Positions 52,620-60,074 of a DNA stretch of 60,074 nucleotides are shown in pieces (the first letter of the stretch is position 1; each line of letters starts with the position of its first letter). Both the position numbers and the translations under genes were made by a program. The stretch is taken from NCBI GenBank assembly GCA_007694125.1, contig RECH01000212.1, forward strand, positions 1 to 60,074, written 5' to 3'. The notes beneath the pieces were generated by a model. The model saw nothing but the letters and a program-made list of their open reading frames with translations. It was not told the DNA's origin and searched no databases. Source of the stretch: Leptolyngbya sp. DLM2.Bin15 (GTDB lineage: Bacteria > Cyanobacteriota > Cyanobacteriia > RECH01).

Positions 52620-54362
52620 ATGCATGACCGGCTTCCTCAGCTCCATAAAGGTCTGATTACTCAAGCTACCCGACTGACGCAGGGGTGGTGTGTTCTGTGG
52701 TTGGGTCTGAGTTTTCTTGTAGCGTTGCTGTTTGGCGGCCTGGCACTTCATCAGTCTCTCGACAGCGCCTATGTGATTCAAGACGATGCTCGCCAGCATG
52801 TTTTTTGGATGCGGCGGTTTTTGGATGCCGACCTATTTCCCAATGATGTCATTGCTGACTACTTTCAGTCGGTAGCGCCTAAGGGCTATACCGCCCTCTA
52901 CCGTGGTGCTGCCGAGCTAGGTCTTGATCCCGTCCTGCTGAGCAAGATTGTGCCGTTGATCCTAGGTGTGATCACCACGGGCTATTGCTTTGGCATTTGC
53001 TTAGAACTCTTGCCGTTGCCGGTGGCTGGGTTTACGGCATCGCTGTTGCTGAATCAGATTATCTGGACGCACGATGATGTGGGTTCTGGCACCCCCCGCG
53101 CCTTTGTCTATCCACTGCTCACCGCATTTTTGTACTACCTGCTGAAGCGATCGCTCCTTCCCTGTTGGATCACCATCCTTCTGCAGGGCCTGTTTTATCC
53201 TCAAACCGTGTTGATCAGCGCCGGCTTGCTGGCCGTTCAGGGGCTGCGCTGGTGGTTGCGGGTGCCCCATTGGCCGTTCACCCGTCGTGATGCCTGGCTG
53301 TGTGGCGTGGGCATTGGGATTGCGATCGCCGTGATGCTGCCCTATCTGCTCAGTCCGTCGGACTATGGCCCGGTGGTGTCGTTGGCGGAGGCCCGCCGCC
53401 TGCCAGAGTTTCAAGCTGGGGGGCGGGCTGAATTTTTTAGGGATAGCACCGCCCAATTTTGGCTTTGGGATGGGCGTAGTGGCATCTTGCCTCGGGCTGG
53501 TCGATTATCGCCCTTGCTCTATGCCGCCCTCTTGCTGCCCCTGATGGCATGGCGATCGCGTTGGTTTCCCCTCTGTCAGCATATCCAGCCCAAGGTGTTG
53601 ATTTTACTGCAAATGCTCGGGGTCTCCCTGGTTTGGTATGGTCTGGCCCATCTGCTGCTCTACCGTCTACACCTGCCCAGTCGCTACACCCAGCATACGC
53701 TGCGCATTGGTCTGTCCCTGGCCGCTGCGATCGCCCTGATCACCTTGATGGATGCCCTCTTGCACTGGGCTGAGCAAACCCATCCTCACCAGCGGCTGCG
53801 ATCTATCGTTGGGGTCATGGTTTCCGGAGCGATCGCCCTGGCTCTGCTGCTGTTTCCCCTGTGGGTGCAGTTTCCTCGGGTGGGCTATGTCACCGGTGCC
53901 TATCCTGACCTGTATACCTTTTTCTCTCAGCAGCCTGCTGATACCATGATTGCCTCCATTGCCGATGAGGCCAGCAATCTACCTAGTTTTTCCCAGCGAT
54001 CGGTGCTGACAGCGCGGGAATATGGCATCCCGTACCATACCGGCTACTATGACCAGTTTGTGGAGCGCACCACCGCTGTCCTGCAAGCGCAGTATAGCGA
54101 CGACCTCGACATAGTGCGCACCGTCACCGAGACCTATGGCATTGACTTTTGGCTGCTCGATCGCCATGCCTTTCAAGCCGACTATCTCCGTCGATCCTGG
54201 GTTTGGCAATATGACGATGTCGTGCGTCCTATCCAGCGATCGCTCCGCCAAGGCTCTCGTCCCATCCTCAAAACCCTGCATCAACCCTGTCTTGTGTTTG
54301 AAAACTCTAGTCTGTTGGTGCTGGATGCGGCTTGCGTCCTTGAGCAGGGGGATAGTACCTAG
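52620..54362 (+). CDS. Polytopic membrane protein, putative GT-C-fold glycosyltransferase (paralog 1)
   Basis: About 10-12 TM segments, acidic QDDARQH loop after TM1, C-terminal soluble domain. Function is inferred. Confidence 0.65.
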   Translation: MHDRLPQLHKGLITQATRLTQGWCVLWLGLSFLVALLFGGLALHQSLDSAYVIQDDARQHVFWMRRFLDADLFPNDVIADYFQSVAPKGYTALYRGAAELGLDPVLLSKIVPLILGVITTGYCFGICLELLPLPVAGFTASLLLNQIIWTHDDVGSGTPRAFVYPLLTAFLYYLLKRSLLPCWITILLQGLFYPQTVLISAGLLAVQGLRWWLRVPHWPFTRRDAWLCGVGIGIAIAVMLPYLLSPSDYGPVVSLAEARRLPEFQAGGRAEFFRDSTAQFWLWDGRSGILPRAGRLSPLLYAALLLPLMAWRSRWFPLCQHIQPKVLILLQMLGVSLVWYGLAHLLLYRLHLPSRYTQHTLRIGLSLAAAIALITLMDALLHWAEQTHPHQRLRSIVGVMVSGAIALALLLFPLWVQFPRVGYVTGAYPDLYTFFSQQPADTMIASIADEASNLPSFSQRSVLTAREYGIPYHTGYYDQFVERTTAVLQAQYSDDLDIVRTVTETYGIDFWLLDRHAFQADYLRRSWVWQYDDVVRPIQRSLRQGSRPILKTLHQPCLVFENSSLLVLDAACVLEQGDST

Positions 54363-54504
54363 TACTGAAAGATAGAAGAACGAAGATAGAAAAACGAAAC
54401 AGAAAACGAAAAGGAAGTCCAGGACACACAAGGGTTCCCACTTTAGCACCTAGGTAGGTTACGTCCGCCTCAGAGTACTAGAAGACGACGAACGTATCCA
54501 AGCC

Positions 54505-54537
54505 GGTGCGTTACGGCGTTGCCTAACAGCGCCCGAC
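54505..54537 (-). repeat. Degenerate copy of the GTAG-type REP
   Basis: Reverse complement GTCGGGCGCTGTTAGGCAACGCCGTAACGCACC matches the unit at 24729. Confidence 0.65.
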
Positions 54538-54634
54538 GCTACGGTTGATGACTGTCCACTGTTCGTCGTCTGCCTGCTCATCTCGCTACAAAACAGCGTA
54601 GGATATGTGAAAAAATCGTGGGTGAGCGATCGCA

Positions 54635-56251
54635 ATGGTAGAGCAAATCCAAAACGTTGAGATCAAGCGCCAGCGCTCCAGTTCCTGGCTGAGATGGCTT
54701 GTGATCGGGCTCCTGGTTGTGGGCGTTGTGTTCCGCCTCTATCAGCCGGGGCATAAGGTCTACTGGTTCGATGAAACCATGACCTCTCTGAGGATTTCCG
54801 GCTATACCCAAGAGCAACTGGTGGTGTCTGCGGTTAACCAACCTCCGATCACCGCAGAGGACTTTCTGCAGCGCTACCAGTACCCCGATCATCAGCGCAC
54901 GCGAGCCGATACCCTGGCAGCCCTAAAGACCCATCCCGAACATTCCCCGCTGTACTATCTCATGGCCTGGGGCTGGCTGTACCCAGCCGGGCATTCGGTG
55001 GGCAACCTGCGGCTTCTGTCGGCCTTATTCGGCCTGGCGACGATTCCTGCCGCCTATGGGCTAGGGCGAGAGTTGTTTCAGTCTGCCGGGGCGGGATGGG
55101 CGATCGCTGCCGTTGTGGCTATATCTCCGTTCCATGTGCTGTATTCCCAGGAGGCGCGGGAATATAGTTTGTGGACCTTGGCGATCGTGGTATCCAGTAC
55201 GGTACTGCTGCGGGCGATGCGGCGCAATACCGTACCTGCCTGGAGTCTCTACGGCATTATGCTGGCGCTTGGCCTGTATTCCCATATGTTCTATGGATTT
55301 GTAGCCATGAGTCATGGGCTCTACATGATTTTGGTGGAACGCTGGCGTCCAACCCGGCGACTCCTGGCCTATGGTGGTGCTGTCTTGCTGGGACTGGCCC
55401 TCTTCGCGCCCTGGCTGATGGTGATTCTAGACAACTGGGGGCGACTGCTGGGCAATACGGTGGGCATGACCCTCGATCGCCAAGGATTTTTGCCCCTCTT
55501 TTGGCTACTGAACCTCAGCCGCCTCTTTTTTGACCTCAACCAAGGGCCCAGCGCCATCAATCCAGCCCACTATCTTCTCCTTGCCCTCTGCGCCTATGCC
55601 CTGTGGTATCTCTATCAGCGCACGCCCCGCGCCACCAGCCTGTTTGTGTTGACCCTAATTGGCGTGACGGCGATCGCCCTGATGGGCTCCGATTTGCTGC
55701 TGGGGGGACGGCGATCGACCATTGCCCGCTATCCTGTCCCTTGCTATGTGGGCCTGCAGGTGGCCGTGGGCTATCTCCTTTGGCGCATGCTGCAGGATCC
55801 TGATCGGGATCAGCGTACCTATCAACGCTGGCGGGCAGGGGCGATCGCCCTGGCTTTGTCCGGTGTGCTTTCCATCGTGGTGAATGCCCACCATGCTCTG
55901 TGGTGGAACAAGAGCTATGCGGTGAGTCGTTTTAACCCCGCTGCTGCTGAGATTATCAACCAAAGCGATCGCCCCTTGATGATTACCGATCGCGATCCCA
56001 GTGAAGTGTTGGCCTTCATCCATCGCCTCGATGCTGACGTGCAGGTGCAACTGATTGCTCGACCCAATGCGCCCCACCAACCGCCCGACCTGCGACCGAT
56101 GGTGCCCGACATTCCGCCAGCGACCTACAGCGACGTCTTTCTCTACCAGCCATCGGAGGGTCTGCGGCGACGGCTGGAGCGTCAAGGTCTACCCAGCAAT
56201 GACGTGAACGGTGGCGGCTGGCTTTGGACGGTGAGCATTCCATCACCCTAG
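54635..56251 (+). CDS. PMT/ArnT-like (GT39/GT83-type) GT-C glycosyltransferase
   Basis: VYWFDE after TM1, HPEHSPLYY, RLLSALFG, SPFHVLYSQEAREYSL; many TMs. Confidence 0.85.
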   Translation: MVEQIQNVEIKRQRSSSWLRWLVIGLLVVGVVFRLYQPGHKVYWFDETMTSLRISGYTQEQLVVSAVNQPPITAEDFLQRYQYPDHQRTRADTLAALKTHPEHSPLYYLMAWGWLYPAGHSVGNLRLLSALFGLATIPAAYGLGRELFQSAGAGWAIAAVVAISPFHVLYSQEAREYSLWTLAIVVSSTVLLRAMRRNTVPAWSLYGIMLALGLYSHMFYGFVAMSHGLYMILVERWRPTRRLLAYGGAVLLGLALFAPWLMVILDNWGRLLGNTVGMTLDRQGFLPLFWLLNLSRLFFDLNQGPSAINPAHYLLLALCAYALWYLYQRTPRATSLFVLTLIGVTAIALMGSDLLLGGRRSTIARYPVPCYVGLQVAVGYLLWRMLQDPDRDQRTYQRWRAGAIALALSGVLSIVVNAHHALWWNKSYAVSRFNPAAAEIINQSDRPLMITDRDPSEVLAFIHRLDADVQVQLIARPNAPHQPPDLRPMVPDIPPATYSDVFLYQPSEGLRRRLERQGLPSNDVNGGGWLWTVSIPSP

Positions 56252-56460
56252 TCGGCATACGATAGCGTCACTGGCGGGGCTATCAACCCAGATAGGCCGT
56301 CCAAGTGGTAAAACTGATGTGACGTGCGATCGCTCTGCCATGGAGACCGACGCTGTTGCAAGACCAATCAAGCCAAGATGCTCTTGGTCTACAGTCTGCC
56401 CCAGCCCTCGGCGCGATCGCCCACCCCTTTGCCGAGTCGTCTCATCCTGCTTCAACTACC

Positions 56461-58305
56461 ATGCTTGCTGCCCGACTGCACCACTTCCTGGCCTCTCCCA
56501 CCGTCAAATCTGAAGGAAACCGAGTTTTTTGGTTAACCCTCGGGCTGGTCTTTTCGCTGCTGTTTTCCTACCTGGCCCTGAAAGAAGCCTTTGCCGGCGA
56601 CTACATTGTGCAAGATGATGCGCGGCAGCATGTGTTTTGGATGCAGCGCTACCTCGATCCGGCGTTATTCCCCGGCGATCGCATTGCTGACTATTTCCAA
56701 TCCGTCGCGCCCTATGGCTATAAAGCCCTCTACCGCATCTTGATGGCGGGCGATATCAGCCCTTGGTGGATTCATAAGGTATTGCCTCTAGTTTTAGGCC
56801 TGATCAGCACCTGCTACTGCTTCGGCATCGCCCTGCAGATTTTGCCCGTGCCCATGGCGGGGTTCTTGGCCACGCTGCTGCTCAACCAAAGCCTATGGAT
56901 GAAGGATGACCTGATCTCCGCCACGCCCCGCGCCTTTGTCTATCCTGTCTTCCTGGCTTTTTTGTTCTACCTCTTGCGGCGATCGCTCCTGGGTACGGCG
57001 CTTACGGCTGTCTTGGTGGGATTGTTCTATCCGCAATATAGCTTGATTGTGATTGGCCTCCTGGTGTTGCGGCTGCTGCGCTGGCAGCCTTCCCCCCATG
57101 CCACCAACTGGACACGCTATGTACCCGTGCGACTGGTGAGCGATCGCCCTGGGTATTGGATCCACGGCGTGGCCCTAGGCTTATCCATTGCCATCCTGGC
57201 GCTCTACGCCTCCAGCAGCTCTGAATTTGACCCGGTGATTAGCGCTGCTAGCACCCGTGAATGGCCCGAACTGCTGCCTGGCGGGCGCTCCACCTTTTTC
57301 TACCCCAATCCCCTAGAGTTCTACTTCACCGGACAGCGCAGCGGCTTATTAGACGTCGGTCTTGTCCGTCCTGCCAGCCTGCTCTTTGCCTTGGCCTTGC
57401 CGGCTCTGCTCAAGTGGCGCACCACCTTCCCGCTCACAGCGCGACTCACTAAAAAACTCTGGCTGTTGCCGCAGATTCTGGGCGTCTCGGTCTTTTGGTT
57501 TATCGCCGCCCATGCCACCCTCTTTCGGCTACACCTCCCCACCCGCTACACCGAACATACCTGGCGGATTGTCTTCGCCTTGTCCGCCGCGATCGCCCTG
57601 GCCATTCTCGTCGATCGCCTGTTTCAATCCTGGGAACCTACCCAGCCCCCATCTCCCGTTGCGGTTCAGTGGGGCGGGATGTTTTTGATGGGAGCGATCG
57701 CTGTGTTGATCGTCATCTATCCCCGTTTTGTGGTTGATTTTCCCAGCACCAAATATAAAGTCGGTGAGGCACCGGAGCTGTACGAGTTTGTGAGCCAACA
57801 GCCCCTGAATACCATGGTGGCTTCCCTTAGCGAAGAGGTGGAAAATCTGCCGAGTTTTTCCCAGCGCTCGATCTTAGTGGGGCGGGAATATGCCATTCCC
57901 TACCACTGGGGCTACTACGGCGAGTTTCGCGATCGCGCCACGGCTCTGATCAATGCTCAGTACACCCCCGATCTGCAGGCCGTGAAGGACTTTATCGAAA
58001 CCTACGACATCACCCTGTGGTTGCTCGATCCCAACGCATTTCAGCCAGGCTACGTGAGAAATGGTTGGTTTAACCAGTATCAACCGCCCACCGAACGCGC
58101 CCTCCAGTATCTGCGCGAAGGCACCCTACCTGCCTTAACTCGTCTGCCAGACACCTGCACGGTGTTGACTGCCCACCGAATGCAGCTTCTCGATGCTGCT
58201 TGTATTCTGCAGGTGGAAGCGCTGGAACCCTTGGAGACAGACGAGGATGCAGATGCAGAGTCTGAGGACAACGAAGACAGCGAAGACGATGCAGCAGATG
58301 CCTAG
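56461..58305 (+). CDS. Polytopic membrane protein, putative GT-C-fold glycosyltransferase (paralog 2) with an acidic tail
   Basis: Shares QDDARQHVFWM, ADYFQSVAP, PRAFVYP, RLHLP.RYT, NLPSFSQRS and REY.IPYH with 52620-54362. ATG 56461 preferred. Confidence 0.65.
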   Translation: MLAARLHHFLASPTVKSEGNRVFWLTLGLVFSLLFSYLALKEAFAGDYIVQDDARQHVFWMQRYLDPALFPGDRIADYFQSVAPYGYKALYRILMAGDISPWWIHKVLPLVLGLISTCYCFGIALQILPVPMAGFLATLLLNQSLWMKDDLISATPRAFVYPVFLAFLFYLLRRSLLGTALTAVLVGLFYPQYSLIVIGLLVLRLLRWQPSPHATNWTRYVPVRLVSDRPGYWIHGVALGLSIAILALYASSSSEFDPVISAASTREWPELLPGGRSTFFYPNPLEFYFTGQRSGLLDVGLVRPASLLFALALPALLKWRTTFPLTARLTKKLWLLPQILGVSVFWFIAAHATLFRLHLPTRYTEHTWRIVFALSAAIALAILVDRLFQSWEPTQPPSPVAVQWGGMFLMGAIAVLIVIYPRFVVDFPSTKYKVGEAPELYEFVSQQPLNTMVASLSEEVENLPSFSQRSILVGREYAIPYHWGYYGEFRDRATALINAQYTPDLQAVKDFIETYDITLWLLDPNAFQPGYVRNGWFNQYQPPTERALQYLREGTLPALTRLPDTCTVLTAHRMQLLDAACILQVEALEPLETDEDADAESEDNEDSEDDAADA

Positions 58306-58381
58306 GCTGGCCCATCGTCACCCGACGTCATCCGACAGCTAATGCTTTGCCCACCTAACCCTTGTCTTGATGGGTCTACCC

Positions 58382-58978
58382 ATGAACGAATCCCCAGCGT
58401 TGCTCAACCTCGCCCAGTGGTTGGCGGGCGAGTACGAAAACCCCGTCCAATCCCGCGATCAGCCCATTTGGTTTGTGCATCTGCGCCTGTGGTATCGACC
58501 GGTGCCCCAGCGGATTGCTGGCAAGCTGGCCCTGTTTGCTGAACAGGCACCCATCCTCAAACCAGAGCAGGCCTATCGCCAGCGGGTGCTGACGCTGTGG
58601 GACGGCCCGGAGGGTCTGAAGGGCAACTATTGGGCCATGCGGCAGCCCGATCGCTGGCGTACGGCTGGGGCCCAGGGCGATCGCCTAGGATCGCTCTCGG
58701 AGGATGATCTAGAGCTGCTTCCCGGCTGTTGCTTGGATATTCAATCTCAAGGCGATCGCTTCATCGGTGCCCTCGAACCCGGTGCCCGCTGCTGTTTTGA
58801 CTATGCGGGGCAGACTCGACAGGTGGTGGTGGGCTTTGAAGTCTACCGCGATCGCCTCCTCAGTTTTGATCGTGGTGTGGATCCAGAAACCGGTAAGGGG
58901 TTATGGGGAGCCTTGATGGGCCCCTATGAGTTCCAGAAATGCCGCGATTTTGCTGACGACTGGCGCGGGACGAGATGA
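58382..58978 (+). CDS. cpcT: Phycobiliprotein chromophore lyase, CpcT/CpeT family
   Basis: WLAGEYEN..Q, WFVHLRLWYRP, FAEQA...YRQR, LPGC, SFDRGVDPETGKGLWG...GPYEF. Confidence 0.88.
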   Translation: MNESPALLNLAQWLAGEYENPVQSRDQPIWFVHLRLWYRPVPQRIAGKLALFAEQAPILKPEQAYRQRVLTLWDGPEGLKGNYWAMRQPDRWRTAGAQGDRLGSLSEDDLELLPGCCLDIQSQGDRFIGALEPGARCCFDYAGQTRQVVVGFEVYRDRLLSFDRGVDPETGKGLWGALMGPYEFQKCRDFADDWRGTR

Positions 58979-59478
58979 TCTAAACGAGATGAATTGGATC
59001 AGCGCGATCGCCATTGATCTTGCGGTAAACGCAATCCCTGGGCTAAAGAGATGTTAAAGAACATCGAGAAATGTGAGGGAAGTTCACCGCTCTCTAGGGA
59101 GGTGCGATAAAAGTAATGAAGATGATCCAACCATCAAGGACTCAGTAGGTGGACTCACTGCAATGGAGCTTGCCAGGTTTCGACTCCGCTCAACCCTCTT
59201 CTCATCAGGTTTGAGCATTGAGTCATGTCGAACGACAGCTTGTCCATCATGACCTCCTCCTCCTGAGCAAATTCGGTGAGACAGGCTATTGATTCAGGGC
59301 TTGGGCCGTACCCAGATGTCTGTAACCCCCGTATCAAGGGGACGGCGAAGCCAAGGATCGAAGGCAGTCCCAGCCATAACCCTTCAACCGGATTTGATAT
59401 CAGGATAGCTAGAGAACGAGGACGACTCCCTAGGAGTTGGATGCCTCCTGTTGATCACCCTAAGCGGCCGGTGCTGTC

Positions 59479-60074
59479 ATGGACTCATGGACGATGTCTA
59501 GCCACACCCTCATACCGGAAACGACGGGGCAAACCGCGTCTCCCTCCCTCCACGACCAGGTTCAGATTGCCTTGGCGATCGCCGATGAGACCTTGCTCAA
59601 ATCGCTGCTGTTGAACTGCACCCCTCCCATTGCCCAGCCCCACTTTCTAGGGTCAGCCATTTCCCGCATTGGCATTCCCACCCCCGATGGGCGATCGGTG
59701 GATGGCGTCATTCAGTTTGAGCTGGTGCATTGCCGCTTGGCCAATTCCCAAGATGACATTGAACGCCAGTTTGCCATCCAGGGCGATCGCGATCGCCGTG
59801 AACGCCACTATGCCCAGATCACCCGCTGCGAATCGGAAACCCAAACCCTGGGGCAAAACATTTCCCTAGCCCAGTCTCTGGGCCTGCTCACCCAAGCGGG
59901 CTTCCAGGTCGATCAAGTGCAAACGATCCTCAACTTGCCCCATGAAGCTTGTCATAAATCATGGTGGTATATGCTCGATGCCCAAGGACACTTTTCGCTG
60001 CCCTTCCGCCGTGTTTTGCGTACCCGCCGCTATGCAGACGGCACCTTTACCCTGCACTACAAGGATCATTTTCT
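59479..60074 (+). CDS. Hypothetical protein, 3' end outside the window
   Basis: Hand translation from ATG 59479 (or 59494) is open to the window end, about 198 codons (…LHDQVQIALAIADETLLK…HKSWWYMLD…RTRRYADGTFTLHYKDHF). Missing from the ORF track because it has no stop. Confidence 0.75.
   Translation, partial: MDSWTMSSHTLIPETTGQTASPSLHDQVQIALAIADETLLKSLLLNCTPPIAQPHFLGSAISRIGIPTPDGRSVDGVIQFELVHCRLANSQDDIERQFAIQGDRDRRERHYAQITRCESETQTLGQNISLAQSLGLLTQAGFQVDQVQTILNLPHEACHKSWWYMLDAQGHFSLPFRRVLRTRRYADGTFTLHYKDHF

Overview
A stretch of core chromosome from a cyanobacterium. HIP1 (GCGATCGC) is very frequent. hetZ-patU suggests a filamentous strain, and no other het or nif genes occur in the window. 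Genes in order: 3' part of ftsH, zur, the atp1-a-c-b'-b-delta-alpha-gamma ATP synthase operon, glcE-glcF, bciB/cvrA, dapB, a VTT/DedA membrane protein, sds, hetZ-patU, acs, an AT-richer excisionase-HTH/PIN toxin-antitoxin-like pair, an OmpR-type regulator, uvrB, a pseudo-receiver, rnc, hfq, flv1/flv3, SUI1, curT, plqA/ubiA, gltX, tRNA-Asp(GTC), a glycerophosphodiesterase, lexA, rnhB, an SGNH-like protein, usp, ppsA, a lipase, rbpA-rpsU, an outer-membrane barrel, three GT-C-like membrane proteins, cpcT, and an ORF running off the right end. I see no CRISPR array, prophage or intact transposase. The most unusual signals are: (1) a visible series of nested 24-26 nt hairpin elements that all sit at TT^CG inside a REP-like repeat; (2) a cluster of three putative GT-C glycosyltransferases, two of them paralogs from a family I cannot name, behind a beta-barrel gene; (3) an apparently displaced HetZ C-terminal tail still overlapping the patU start; (4) an unlisted 33-aa membrane microprotein; (5) a 9-bp tandem repeat over the HTH-PIN promoter; (6) a 148-bp MITE with a 10-bp target duplication; and (7) a two-Cys insertion in PpsA. 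All calls come from motif recognition by eye; no searches were run.
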